Shown: positions 48,821 to 59,220, numbered from the stretch's first letter. The stretch is DNA of 64,000 nucleotides from Candidatus Latescibacterota bacterium (GCA_963791045.1 CAWBQK010000013.1:32001-96000), one strand, 5' to 3'. A program made the numbers and translations. The notes: a model not told the origin generated them from the letters alone.

Positions 48821-49993
48821 ATGTCCGCAGAACGAAGAACGATGCTGATATTGTTTGCCGTGGCGCTGGGATTGCGAGTTCTTTACGGCGCATTTCTCGC
48901 CAACCAACCCGACCTCGTTCCCAGCCCCATAACTTCTGACCTGAGTTATGCGAAGGAAATAGCCACGGGAACTCGATGGTTCAACGAGCCGTTGTCACCG
49001 CGATCGCCAGGGTACCCCCTGGTTCTGGCGTCATTCTACGTCGTTTCGGCCAAGCATTTCTGGCTGATGATATTTCTCCAGGCAATCCTCGGGGCGTTGA
49101 CGGTCGTTCTTCTCTACCGGATAGGGACGAGAATGCTGGGCCCGGTCTTCGCGGTGGTCGCCGCGCTCTGGTTCGCGTTCCATGTCTTTCATATGCATGT
49201 CGGGCATTTCTTCCACAGGGACATCCTGAGTGTTTTCCTTTTGACGCTCCTCGTGTACATACTGACACGGCCATTCAAGCGGATGTGGTACGGACTCATC
49301 GCTGGAATCATCTTCGCGGCGCTCGCGCATGTCGACCCGCAGTTTCTTCTCCTCCTCCCCGTGTTCGCAATTTTTATTCTGTTCAAATCACGGCACGGGT
49401 TTCTCAACATTCAGTATCTCTTTTTGTTTTTCTTCGCCGCGATCGTAATTTCGCTGCCGTGGACCATGAGGAACAACACCATCTACGGGCAACCCATCCC
49501 CATTGGACTCGAAGCCAGAAAATACCTGCGACCGGCCAAATCCGTCGTGACAAATCCCGACAAGGGTTTGTCCGAACTCGAAAGCAAGATCACGCGGGCG
49601 TCACGTGCCCGGCTCATCGAGAGAAACACCGTCGAGTTCTGGCGTTTCGCGAAATTCGAAGGGGACGTTGTGGAGTCCGCCGATTCAACGTTTGGCGGAG
49701 GGCTGGAGCCGGCGTGGTCGTTCCGGCACAATCTCGTCAGCATCCTCAATTACGGGATTCTGCTACCGTTCTTCGCCTTGGGGCTCGTGCTGGTCGTCCG
49801 CGACCGGAACAGAACCGGGCTCATGCTCGCTACGGTCACGGTCGCCTTTTTTGTCATGAGGATGTATCTCGGCGGGGATGAACGCATAAGGCTCGCCGTC
49901 GACCCATTTATTGTGATTCTGGCTTTCTACGGAATCTCATGGATGATCGGCACGCTGTGGAAACCCAGGTCGGCCGAAGACACCCAGGACTAG
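48821..49993 (+). CDS. GT-C fold membrane glycosyltransferase (ArnT/PMT-like)
   Basis: Multi-TM; RSPGYPL, PWTMRN, C-terminal R..L..DP. Confidence 0.7.
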   Translation: MSAERRTMLILFAVALGLRVLYGAFLANQPDLVPSPITSDLSYAKEIATGTRWFNEPLSPRSPGYPLVLASFYVVSAKHFWLMIFLQAILGALTVVLLYRIGTRMLGPVFAVVAALWFAFHVFHMHVGHFFHRDILSVFLLTLLVYILTRPFKRMWYGLIAGIIFAALAHVDPQFLLLLPVFAIFILFKSRHGFLNIQYLFLFFFAAIVISLPWTMRNNTIYGQPIPIGLEARKYLRPAKSVVTNPDKGLSELESKITRASRARLIERNTVEFWRFAKFEGDVVESADSTFGGGLEPAWSFRHNLVSILNYGILLPFFALGLVLVVRDRNRTGLMLATVTVAFFVMRMYLGGDERIRLAVDPFIVILAFYGISWMIGTLWKPRSAEDTQD

Positions 49994-51531
49994 ACGTCCG
50001 CGCGGATGTCCCTTCCAGTCATCTCTTCCGGCGGCGAAATCCCAAGATAGTTACAGATTGTCGGGGCGATATCCCTCAGGGAGCCGTCCTTTATGAGCTC
50101 GCCCCGGTAATTTGCATCCACAAGGACACAAGGCACTGGGTTGGTGGTGTGCGCGGTTTGAGGGCCACCGGTCACCGGATCGATCATCTGCTCGGCATTC
50201 CCGTGGTCGGCCGTCACGATGGCGACATCACGATTAGGATCCAGCGCGGCGAGCACTCTACCCACGCACGCGTCGACCGTTTCAACGGCCTTCACCGCCG
50301 CGTCGAAGACACCCGTATGACCGACCATGTCTGGATTGGCGAAGTTGCACACGATGAAATCGTGTTTGTGTTCGCCAAGGATGCCGATCAGGGTGTCAGC
50401 GACTTCAGATGCGCTCATATCAGGTTTCATATCGTAGGTCGCCACTCTCGGGGATGGAATGAGGACACGTTCCTCTCCCCCGTATTCGACTTCGTTCCCG
50501 CCGTTAAAGAAATAGGTGACATGAGCGTACTTCTCGGTCTCGGCAATCCGCAGGTTGGTCATCCCCTGCTCTGACGCCACTTCGGCAAGAATGTTCGGAA
50601 GGCGTACCGGGGGAAACGCGACGGGAAAATCGAACCGTTTGTCGTACTGGGTCATTGTGACAAACGTGGTCTTCGGGAATACGTCCCTCTCGAAGCCATC
50701 GAATCCCGGGTCGGTCAGCGCGGAAGAGATCTCACGGGCGCGGTCAGCGCGGAAATTAAAAAACACGATTGCATCGCCGTCAATGATATTACCCACCGGA
50801 GAACCGTCGTCGCCGACCACAACTATCGGCTCGACGAACTCATCCGTCACGCCATTGTCGTAAGAGACGCCGAGGGCCGCGATCGCGTCGGTCGTGCGCA
50901 CGCCGACGCCGCTTGTCAACATATCGTAACCGCGTTTGACGCGCTCCCACCGCTTGTCCCTGTCCATACAAAAATAGCGACCGACCACAGTTGCTATACT
51001 GCCGACACCCTTCTCGCCGAGCACCACCGACAGCTCGCGGAGATATTCCCTACCGCCCGTCGGCGACGTATCGCGGCCGTCCATCAACGCATGGATAAAA
51101 ACATCGCGAACGCCGCTGCGTCTCGCCATCTCGACAAGCGCATAGATGTGTTCCTGGTGGCTGTGAACGCCGCCGGGCGAGACCAGCCCGAGAAGATGGA
51201 GCCGCCCTCCACCGCCGTCCGCGGCCGCGGCCATCGCCGTTTTCAACGCGGGATTCTCAAAAAAAGCTCCACTCTCGATCGACTCGGAAATCCGCTGGAT
51301 GTCCTGGTACACCACGCGCCCTGCACCGAGGTTGAGATGTCCCACCTCGCTGTTTCCCATCTGTCCGGCGGGAAGCCCGACCGCGACGCCGTGAGGATCC
51401 AGACTTGTGTGCGAATAGTCTTCGAGCAGCCTGTCAAAAACAGGCGTCGACGCCGAACGAACGGCGTTGTCCGGGGTGTCTTCACCAATTCCCCAACCGT
51501 CCATAACGATGAGAAGTGTTCTGCGCTTCAA
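49990..51531 (-). CDS. gpmI: 2,3-bisphosphoglycerate-independent phosphoglycerate mutase
   Basis: MDGWG, GQMGNSEVGH, GGVHSH, MDRDKRW, NFRADRA, ETEKYAHVT, DMVGHTG, ADHGNAE. Confidence 0.97.
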   Translation of the reverse strand: MKRRTLLIVMDGWGIGEDTPDNAVRSASTPVFDRLLEDYSHTSLDPHGVAVGLPAGQMGNSEVGHLNLGAGRVVYQDIQRISESIESGAFFENPALKTAMAAAADGGGGRLHLLGLVSPGGVHSHQEHIYALVEMARRSGVRDVFIHALMDGRDTSPTGGREYLRELSVVLGEKGVGSIATVVGRYFCMDRDKRWERVKRGYDMLTSGVGVRTTDAIAALGVSYDNGVTDEFVEPIVVVGDDGSPVGNIIDGDAIVFFNFRADRAREISSALTDPGFDGFERDVFPKTTFVTMTQYDKRFDFPVAFPPVRLPNILAEVASEQGMTNLRIAETEKYAHVTYFFNGGNEVEYGGEERVLIPSPRVATYDMKPDMSASEVADTLIGILGEHKHDFIVCNFANPDMVGHTGVFDAAVKAVETVDACVGRVLAALDPNRDVAIVTADHGNAEQMIDPVTGGPQTAHTTNPVPCVLVDANYRGELIKDGSLRDIAPTICNYLGISPPEEMTGRDIRADV

Positions 51532-51547
51532 TCGATTTCTCCTGAAA

Positions 51548-53839
51548 TCAAGGGTTTGTCTTCTTTGAACCCAACTCCTGGCGGACTCTCTGCAGGTTGC
51601 TCCGCGCCCGCCGGTTGTCCGGGTCGAGCTCGATTACTTCGAGGAATTCCCGCTCCGCATCCTCGAACCTGCCGACCGTCGCGTAGACCGAACCGAGTGT
51701 CAGATGGCCGTTCGAGTATTTCGGCTCAACGCCGATGGCCATTTCACCATATTTTATCGATTCGTCGAAACGGCCCAGCTCCATGTTCATGATCGCGAGG
51801 TTATTCATTGCATAAACATCATCCTTCTTCAGCGCCAGCGCTTTCTTGAAGGATTGTTCGGCAAGCGAAAATTGTTTCAGCCGCCCGTAACACACACCAA
51901 TGTTATTCAACGCGCTCGGGAAGTTCGGATTCAACGCAAGGGCCTTTTTGAACTCCTCGATCGCCTCCGCATACTTGCCCTGCTCCTGGTATCTCTGCCC
52001 AAGATTGTTGTATGCATCCGGATTCTCGGGAGTGATGTACCCCAACGCTTCAAGCTTTTTGAGCGTTTCCTCATCCGCCGCGCCCGCGCCTTCCGGGACG
52101 TCACCCGTCGCGCGATTACGATTGAGTGTCGCGACGATCGTGGTATTCACCTCGTCGGCCAGCGCCGGTTCGAAAGCGTCGATAAGCACTTTTCCCGGCA
52201 TGTCGGCGGCCTGCGGCAGACCCTCGAGTGCGAGAAAAGTGGGAAGAACATCGAGAACCGTTGCCCCATCGATCTTGTACCCCTTGCGAATCCCCGGGCC
52301 GTACATAGCGATGATACCGTTGAGCTGGTGCCAAAAAGCCGCGTGTCCGCCTCCAATCTGGCCACCGAGTTTTGGCCTGCCTTGTCCGCTTTTGAAACCA
52401 TGGTCTGACGCGATCACCAAAACCGTCTCATCGTCACACATCTCGATAAACTCGCCGATGATCCCGTCCTGATAAATATAAGTCTGAAGCATCGCGTCTT
52501 TGTACTTTGCGAAGTCCGCCTCCGTGACCCATGACAGACGCGGCGGCGCGAAGTTCATAAAGAGATGGCCGACGGCGTCGCACCATTCGAAGTACACCCC
52601 GAGAAAATCCGGCTGGTCGGCGGCAAGCAGATGTTTCGCGATGTTGTAATAAGACCTCGCCGACGCGTAGAGCATGATCATGTTGTTAACCGGGTTTTCA
52701 GGGTCGAACGCGACAACCTTGTTCTTGTCGAAGGTTTCGCGGTCGACATGGAGAAACCGTCTGAAATCCTCGTAATCTACGTCGGCGCTTTTGACGATCA
52801 AATGGGACATCTCGTCGACCCTGTCGGCGGGCGACACGCTTCCCGGGGCGAGCTCGTCGCTTTCCCCCGCGTCCGCATAGGCGAGGTATCCGACCCGGTC
52901 CGTGACCATCACGCCGTTGATCTCTTCGGCGGGATACGATGCCAGCCAACCGACGACATCCGCGCGGCGGCCGTGATCTCCAAAAATATTCCAGAGGGCA
53001 TCGACCTTTCGGTACATGCGCGTGATCGGCATCCTCTTCCCCGTCTCTGGGTCGGTGACGGTGAAGTTGAGAATTCCGTGGTCCTCCGGAAGCTTCCCGG
53101 TTGCTATCGACGTCCAGATAAGAGGCGAGAGCAACGGTTCGATCGACCGTAGCCGGCCGGACGCGCCGCCTTCCAAAATCTTTTTGAAGTTGGGGAGAAA
53201 TCCGGCCTCGATAAGCGGATCGATGATTTCCCAATCTCCGCCATCGACTCCCACAAAAATAATTTTTCTGAGCGGCTTTTCGGCAACGTTGAAAGTAACC
53301 CCTTCACCCGTCCCCGCAGTGACATCCCATGTGTCGACACGGAACCCATCCACGCTGATCCCAACTTTGCCGAGATCGGTTTTGATTTCGCGGAGCACGC
53401 CATTGACAAAATCATCCGGCGTTGCGATCGCCGGACCTGGGTATTCGGCAAGATTGATTTCAACGGATTCCCGGATCGACTCGGACAAACCCCGCTGCAA
53501 ATCGGCTCCGTAACTTTTGTACAAGAACGCTCCCGAATCATCTTTGACGTTGAGTCGAAGTTCGAGCGCGACATTCGCTCGGCCGCCATCACGGGTCAAA
53601 CCGGAATACGTCGACTCCGGAGGAAAACGCATTTCCACGGCACCCACTGGGTAAACGGCAAACGCCTGCGAAAACGGAAGGACAATATTAAACCCGGGGC
53701 CATACTGCTTGGCCGCACCCGCCCCATCAATCCGGACCGCCTGATGCCCTTCGGGAACCCGTTTGACGACAAGCGCGGAGAGGATGGTAATCACGGCGAC
53801 CGCAACCAGCGAGAAAACAATGAATAAGCGTTTTTGCAT
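51548..53839 (-). CDS. SPFH-like plus alkaline-phosphatase-superfamily (phosphodiesterase) plus TPR protein
   Basis: VKRVPEG..GPGFN (SPFH), GVDGGDW, SPLIWTSIATGK, SDHGF, LEALGYI, five TPRs. Confidence 0.75.
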   Translation of the reverse strand: MQKRLFIVFSLVAVAVITILSALVVKRVPEGHQAVRIDGAGAAKQYGPGFNIVLPFSQAFAVYPVGAVEMRFPPESTYSGLTRDGGRANVALELRLNVKDDSGAFLYKSYGADLQRGLSESIRESVEINLAEYPGPAIATPDDFVNGVLREIKTDLGKVGISVDGFRVDTWDVTAGTGEGVTFNVAEKPLRKIIFVGVDGGDWEIIDPLIEAGFLPNFKKILEGGASGRLRSIEPLLSPLIWTSIATGKLPEDHGILNFTVTDPETGKRMPITRMYRKVDALWNIFGDHGRRADVVGWLASYPAEEINGVMVTDRVGYLAYADAGESDELAPGSVSPADRVDEMSHLIVKSADVDYEDFRRFLHVDRETFDKNKVVAFDPENPVNNMIMLYASARSYYNIAKHLLAADQPDFLGVYFEWCDAVGHLFMNFAPPRLSWVTEADFAKYKDAMLQTYIYQDGIIGEFIEMCDDETVLVIASDHGFKSGQGRPKLGGQIGGGHAAFWHQLNGIIAMYGPGIRKGYKIDGATVLDVLPTFLALEGLPQAADMPGKVLIDAFEPALADEVNTTIVATLNRNRATGDVPEGAGAADEETLKKLEALGYITPENPDAYNNLGQRYQEQGKYAEAIEEFKKALALNPNFPSALNNIGVCYGRLKQFSLAEQSFKKALALKKDDVYAMNNLAIMNMELGRFDESIKYGEMAIGVEPKYSNGHLTLGSVYATVGRFEDAEREFLEVIELDPDNRRARSNLQRVRQELGSKKTNP

Positions 53840-54108
53840 TTACCCGTCTCCAGAGATGTGGTGTGAGGCCGCCAAAACCACAACCATGGTAGCGACTATA
53901 GGAGTCAGCGTCAAGGCGGGTACACCCCTTCGGGGCGCTTTTGTACTGGAACGACGCCGTTTTGTGGGATATAATGTGCTCCTCTCGGTCAACCCAACAC
54001 CCGGGGATGGTCATCGTCCAGGCGAGAGAATTGAGAAACTCATCAAAAGTTGAAACGCGGGTAAATCGACTGCTTTCCCGCATGGCTTCCTCCAACTCGA
54101 AAAGGCCA

Positions 54109-54993
54109 ATGCCCGAATCGCCATCATCGCTTCCAAGAGTCGCGGTCATCGTGCTCACGTGGAACGGCAAAACGTTGACGTTGGATTGTCTAAAATCACT
54201 TGCACGGCTCGAGTACGAAAATGTGGAAGTGATCGTCGTTGACAATGCGTCGACGGACGGAACCGTGGCGGCGGTGAGGGATTCATACCCGTCGCGTGTC
54301 ACCGTCATCGAGAACAGCGACAACCTCGGTTTTTCGAGAGGCAACAATGTTGGCATTCAGTATGCGCTCCAAAACGGCGCCGACTACATACTGTTGCTCA
54401 ACAACGATACGGAGGTGGATCCCGGTCTGATTGGCGGGATGTTGAACGAGATGACTTCAACCTCCGATATCGGAGTCGCCGGGGCCAAAATTTACTACGC
54501 GTCCCCGGCCGACCAAATCTGGTTCGCCGGCGGGGAGGTATTTCTCTCACGCGGAACAACGAGACATATCGGAATCCGCGAAAGGGACACGGGACAATTT
54601 GACATCGCTCACGACGTGGACTACGTCACCGGCTGCGCGCTGATGACAAAACGCGAGGTCTTGGAAGAGATTGGAGCCCTCGACCCCACTTTCGTGGCCT
54701 ACTACGAGGATGTGGATTTTTGCATGAGGGCCCGGCGGGCGGGGTACCGCGTTGTCTACGCCCCGGCGGGCAAGGTCTGGCACAAGATATCCTCGAGCAC
54801 CGGCGGTCAGGCGAGCGCCGCAAAAATATCGAGAAAACTGAGCAGCACGCTAATTTTCTTCAGGCGCTACGCTTCATGGTACCACTGGCTGACGATACCG
54901 TTTTTCTTTGGCGCCGACGTAATAAGGATCTTATTTCTAATCTTTGCGGGGCGGATCCGCGACACGGGAGCAACCGTTAAAAGTGACAACTAA
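54109..54993 (+). CDS. Glycosyltransferase family 2 (WbbL/rhamnosyltransferase-like)
   Basis: VDNASTDG, NLGFSRGNN, LLNND, TGCAL, YYEDVDFC. Confidence 0.9.
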   Translation: MPESPSSLPRVAVIVLTWNGKTLTLDCLKSLARLEYENVEVIVVDNASTDGTVAAVRDSYPSRVTVIENSDNLGFSRGNNVGIQYALQNGADYILLLNNDTEVDPGLIGGMLNEMTSTSDIGVAGAKIYYASPADQIWFAGGEVFLSRGTTRHIGIRERDTGQFDIAHDVDYVTGCALMTKREVLEEIGALDPTFVAYYEDVDFCMRARRAGYRVVYAPAGKVWHKISSSTGGQASAAKISRKLSSTLIFFRRYASWYHWLTIPFFFGADVIRILFLIFAGRIRDTGATVKSDN

Positions 54994-55858
54994 ACCATCG
55001 AATATTGCTGTGTTTGGTGCGGATGGACAGTTCGGCATGGCGCTTCAGGATGTCCTGAAAAATCATCGCGTTCATCCGCTTACATACAAGGAACTGGATA
55101 TTCTCGACCTGCCGCGCGTCGTCGAGAAGCTTTCGAGAATCAAACCCGATTGGGTAATAAACGCAGCAGCGCTGACAAACGTGGACTGGTGCGAGGAAAA
55201 CGATATTAAGGCTTTCCAAGTCAATGCGCTGGGCGCCAGGCACGTCGCCGAATCCTGCCGTGCGGTCGACGCACGGTTGATCCAAATCAGCACCGACTAT
55301 GTTTTCGACGGTGCGAAAGACACCGCGTACCTGGAAGAAGACGCGGCCAGTCCGCTGAACGTGTATGGGATTTCCAAGCTCGCCGGTGAATTCTACGTTC
55401 GCAACGCCCACGCCAGACATTATATTGTCCGCACGAGCGGGCTCTACGGGCTTCACCCCTGCTGGGGGAAAGGCCGCAATTTCGTTGAGGCGATGCTCGA
55501 CTTATCAAAAGAAAAAAGCCAGCTCAATATTGTCTCCGATGAGGTTCTGACACCGACTTTCGCCGACGACCTTGCCCGGCAGCTTGAAGTAATGATTAAC
55601 GCGGAGCCGCCTTACGGCATCTACCACGCAACCAACGCCGGGGAGTGCTCGTGGTACGATTTCGCAAAAACGATCTTTGAAATTGCCGGGATTACCGTAG
55701 ATGTCAGGGAAACGACGGCGGCCGAGTGGAACGCCCCCGCGACGCGCCCGTCGCGTTCGGTTCTTGACAACGCGGCGCTACGGCACGTGGGAATTGACCT
55801 GATGCCCGATTGGAAGGACGCCCTGGGGCGATACCTTTCAAGAAAACTTGGGCACTAG
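54983..55858 (+). CDS. rfbD: dTDP-4-dehydrorhamnose reductase
   Basis: GADGQFG, NAAALTNVD, ISTDYVFDG, YGISKLAGE, GIYH, SWYDFA. Confidence 0.93.
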   Translation: MTTKPSNIAVFGADGQFGMALQDVLKNHRVHPLTYKELDILDLPRVVEKLSRIKPDWVINAAALTNVDWCEENDIKAFQVNALGARHVAESCRAVDARLIQISTDYVFDGAKDTAYLEEDAASPLNVYGISKLAGEFYVRNAHARHYIVRTSGLYGLHPCWGKGRNFVEAMLDLSKEKSQLNIVSDEVLTPTFADDLARQLEVMINAEPPYGIYHATNAGECSWYDFAKTIFEIAGITVDVRETTAAEWNAPATRPSRSVLDNAALRHVGIDLMPDWKDALGRYLSRKLGH

Positions 55859-55866
55859 CCTTCGGG

Positions 55867-56139
55867 CTAGCAAAGGAACTTGACGAGGCAAACCACACCG
55901 GCGACACACAATACGACGGGGAGCGCCACAATAGTCAGGACGAGCGGCAGAGCCAGCGACACCGCGCCAAACGATATCAAAGCGATGGGAACGGCAAAGA
56001 CGAGAACCAGCAGCCCTTTGACAAAAAACAAACCGAGCTTGATCGGGATCAAAACCAGGGCAAAAAGGGCCTTTGCGACAAAAACGAGAAACCCAATCGC
56101 CAGAAACATCGCCATGACCACAATGAGAAATTCAATCAT
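55867..56139 (-). CDS. Small hydrophobic membrane protein (LiaI/PspG-like composition)
   Basis: 90 aa, nearly all hydrophobic with scattered Lys/Pro; AAGGTGG RBS; ECF-type promoter upstream. Confidence 0.6.
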   Translation of the reverse strand: MIEFLIVVMAMFLAIGFLVFVAKALFALVLIPIKLGLFFVKGLLVLVFAVPIALISFGAVSLALPLVLTIVALPVVLCVAGVVCLVKFLC

Positions 56140-56175
56140 TGAAACCACCTTCGTTGAACTTCTTACACCTTAGAA

Positions 56176-56202
56176 TACGTAGCCATTCAATCTGAAGTTT
56201 CA
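56176..56202 (-). promoter_or_regulatory. ECF sigma (SigW-like) promoter
   Basis: Minus strand TGAAAC-17 bp-CGTA. Confidence 0.6.
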
Positions 56203-56241
56203 AAAGAAACGATGGCTTATTTACCGACGGGAGAAGATCCG

Positions 56242-58371
56242 ATGCACGCGAATCCAGCAAAACACCTAAAATGCTTTATTGCAGTGGTTTGTCTGGCCGC
56301 CATGCTTATACCGGCGAGCCCCGGCGACACTCTGGCAAAAATCATCGACCTCGAGACCGAGGCCCCGAATTTCCGGCTGACCGGGGTCAACGGGGATGAT
56401 TTCGCCGGTCAAACCGTTCTTCTTGGTGACTTCAATGGAGATAACCGGGATGACATGATAATCGGGGCGAGGGGTGTGGATTTTGATGGGCGGAGTTCGT
56501 GCGGCGCTATCTATATTGTACTCTCGAGCGACACGCTGACCTCTCCCATTGATTTCGCTGCCGATCGCCCGGATCTCAAACGAATTTTCGGCCCCACGGC
56601 CAACGCACAGGCCGGATCGAATGTCGCTTGCGGCGATGTCAATAATGACGGTCTCTCTGACATTGTCTGCGGAATCCCGACGGCGAACCCGAACGGGAAA
56701 TTCTCGGCCGGCGAGGTATACATTATATATGGAAGCGACACCCCGGCCGACACGCTCGATCTCGGCGGACCTGCGGCGGGATTCACGGTGATCCAGGGCG
56801 AAAACGTTTTCGACAAGCTCGGGGAATCCGTCGCCGTCGGTGACATCAACGATGATAATTTTGGAGATATTCTCGCGGGAGCGCCTTTCGCCACCGCCGC
56901 GGGAAGGCAGTTCACCGGTGTTCTGTTCGTGATGCACGGGGCCGCGTCGCTCGCCCCGGTCATCGATCTGACCGGGTTGACGACGGGTGTCACACGAGTT
57001 TTTGGAACCCACGATAACGACACCTTTGGGACGAGTTGTTTCAGCGCGGACGCGACAAACGACGGCGTGGATGACATTCTCGCGGGAGCCCCGCAAGCCA
57101 CGGTTCTTGGGCGGTCATTCGCCGGCGCGGGATATCTTATCCCCGGATCGACCACGCTTCCCGACACGATCGATACGCTCGCCGATACCTCGACCGGTAT
57201 CGTACGATTCCTGGGCGCGGACGCCGACGTTCTTGCCGGTTCCGGGTTCGCCGTCGCGGATCTGGACGGCGATCTGAACAATGAACTGCTCGTATCGTCT
57301 CCCGCGTATCCGACAAGCGGCAGGATCGGGGCCGGGGCTGTCTACTCTTTTAACGGAGCAACCAGCCTGCCCGATACCGTCGATCTGGCCTCACCACCGG
57401 CCGGGACAGTCCGAATCGACGGACCCACGCGGGGACTGAAAATCGGCTTCCATCTGGCGACGGGCGACTTGAATTTCGACGGTATCGATGACCTCGTAAT
57501 CGGTTCACCCGAGGCCTCGCCCCCGGACATACCCAACCCAAGAAATCAGGCCGGGATAGTCTATATTGTCTTCGGGCGCGAAGTATTCCCCGCCGTGGTG
57601 GATATCGGCGTCGAACAGACAGGTATTACAACGATTTATGGAGCCGCCCCTCTGAACGCGACTGGGGTGTCGGTGTCGGTGGGGCGTATTGACGCCGACG
57701 GATTCGACGACCTTCTCATCGGGGCCAACACAACCGATCAGGATGCCGCCTTTTCGGCGGGCGAAGCGATCGTCCTCCTCGGAAATCCCGGAATAACGCC
57801 GACACAGGTCACATTCCACAATGCGTGGGTCGACGCGGGGAGCGTTTGGCTCGAATGGCATACAAGGGATGATATCGACCCCGATTCGCACATTGTGCTG
57901 CGCTCGAAGGGCGGCGCGGATGGCCAACTCGTGCGTCTTCCGCTCGAGGGCGCCCTGACGCGAACCGGGCCCGGGCAGTTCGTTTTCGAAGACAAAGAGG
58001 CAAGTTTGGCGGGTTCGTATTCGTATACGGTAGCGACGGCCGGGGCGGATCCACAAACCTTCTTTACCGCAACCGTCGACGTCCCAACCCCGGACGGGGC
58101 GTTTCTCCGCGCCAACGCTCCCAATCCTTTCCGACACGAGACATCATTCTTGTTCGAAATCCCAAGGGCCGGGCGCGTGGCGATTCGTATATACGACGTC
58201 AGCGGCGCTCTCATCGCCACACTTGGGCCCAGGAACTACGCGGCGGGCAGCGCGACGGCAACCTGGAATGGCCGGACTCGAAACGGAGGACTCGCCCCCA
58301 CGGGGATATATTTTGCCCGTATGGAGTACGAGGGAGGGGCCTTCCAGCGGAAAATATTGCTCCTTCGCTAA
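56242..58371 (+). CDS. Secreted FG-GAP (integrin-alpha-like beta-propeller) protein with C-terminal FlgD-Ig domain
   Basis: Seven GD(F/V/I)NxDGxxD..GAP repeats; NAPNPF...IYDVSG...GIYFARM...KILLLR. Confidence 0.85.
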   Translation: MHANPAKHLKCFIAVVCLAAMLIPASPGDTLAKIIDLETEAPNFRLTGVNGDDFAGQTVLLGDFNGDNRDDMIIGARGVDFDGRSSCGAIYIVLSSDTLTSPIDFAADRPDLKRIFGPTANAQAGSNVACGDVNNDGLSDIVCGIPTANPNGKFSAGEVYIIYGSDTPADTLDLGGPAAGFTVIQGENVFDKLGESVAVGDINDDNFGDILAGAPFATAAGRQFTGVLFVMHGAASLAPVIDLTGLTTGVTRVFGTHDNDTFGTSCFSADATNDGVDDILAGAPQATVLGRSFAGAGYLIPGSTTLPDTIDTLADTSTGIVRFLGADADVLAGSGFAVADLDGDLNNELLVSSPAYPTSGRIGAGAVYSFNGATSLPDTVDLASPPAGTVRIDGPTRGLKIGFHLATGDLNFDGIDDLVIGSPEASPPDIPNPRNQAGIVYIVFGREVFPAVVDIGVEQTGITTIYGAAPLNATGVSVSVGRIDADGFDDLLIGANTTDQDAAFSAGEAIVLLGNPGITPTQVTFHNAWVDAGSVWLEWHTRDDIDPDSHIVLRSKGGADGQLVRLPLEGALTRTGPGQFVFEDKEASLAGSYSYTVATAGADPQTFFTATVDVPTPDGAFLRANAPNPFRHETSFLFEIPRAGRVAIRIYDVSGALIATLGPRNYAAGSATATWNGRTRNGGLAPTGIYFARMEYEGGAFQRKILLLR

Positions 58372-58462
58372 CCGAATTGTTAACATTGTCAATTGTTGAA
58401 CGTGTCACTTATGCCGCACATCGAAATCGCCGCGAACGAATGCCCCAACGTCAATTTGGGTA

Positions 58463-58491
58463 TTGACTTTGGCAATGAATTCACGTATCTT
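58463..58491 (+). promoter_or_regulatory. sigma70-type promoter of the atp operon
   Basis: TTGACT-17 bp-TATCTT. Confidence 0.6.
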
Positions 58492-58568
58492 GCCGTGGCT
58501 ATTTTGAGCGTTGTTATCCTATCGGTAACGCTGGCGGCCGGGCCCTTTTGGATCGGTTTGTAGTTCCC

Positions 58569-58823
58569 TTGCAAAAGAATAATCAAGAAGACCACTACTG
58601 GGCGATGCGCCAGGTTGGTCTGCTTACAACGATCCCCGTCCTGCTCGCGGTATCTCCATTAATTGGTTTTTTTATGGGTCAGTTTCTCGACAAGAAACTG
58701 AATACGGATCCGATTTTCACAATCGGATTTCTCATTCTCGGTTTCATCGCTGGTGCAAGACAGACCGCGCGGGTCATCAAACTCGCCAGCAAAGAAAAGA
58801 AGAGAAACGACGATGGGTCTTGA
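58569..58823 (+). CDS. AtpZ/AtpI (gene 1) family F0F1 accessory protein
   Basis: IGFFMGQFLDKKLNTDPIFTIGFLILG; first gene of the atp operon; start uncertain. Confidence 0.8.
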   Translation: MQKNNQEDHYWAMRQVGLLTTIPVLLAVSPLIGFFMGQFLDKKLNTDPIFTIGFLILGFIAGARQTARVIKLASKEKKRNDDGS

Positions 58824-59220
58824 ATTCCTGACACGAGTGAGAAAGACATCCATCGTATCGGGTGCCGTCGTAGCTCTTATCATGTTCGTTTACGCCAGCC
58901 CCGCTGCAGCCATCGCTTTTGCCCTGGGGTGTGCGTGGTCGCTCGTTAACCTGCACATGATTCTGGTTCTCGTCCGGCTCGTCGTCAACGATCCGGAAAA
59001 CCATAAGATCCGAATAGCCGTAGTGACGATAATTAAAGTCCCTGCGTTGTACACGGCAGGATATTTTCTTCTCACAACCGGCTACTTGCCTGTCATGGCT
59101 TTGCTTTCGGGTTTTATCTGGCCGCTTTTCGTGGTGTTTCTCAAGGCGGGAGGGCGGCTGGTTCTCGGTCTGGACCACCCCAACCGGGGCGCTCAAACCC
59201 AAAAAGGTATTCGACAATGA
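58813..59220 (+). CDS. atpI: ATP synthase protein I
   Basis: Four TM helices, GCAWSLVNL; between gene 1 and atpB. Confidence 0.75.
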   Translation: MGLEFLTRVRKTSIVSGAVVALIMFVYASPAAAIAFALGCAWSLVNLHMILVLVRLVVNDPENHKIRIAVVTIIKVPALYTAGYFLLTTGYLPVMALLSGFIWPLFVVFLKAGGRLVLGLDHPNRGAQTQKGIRQ

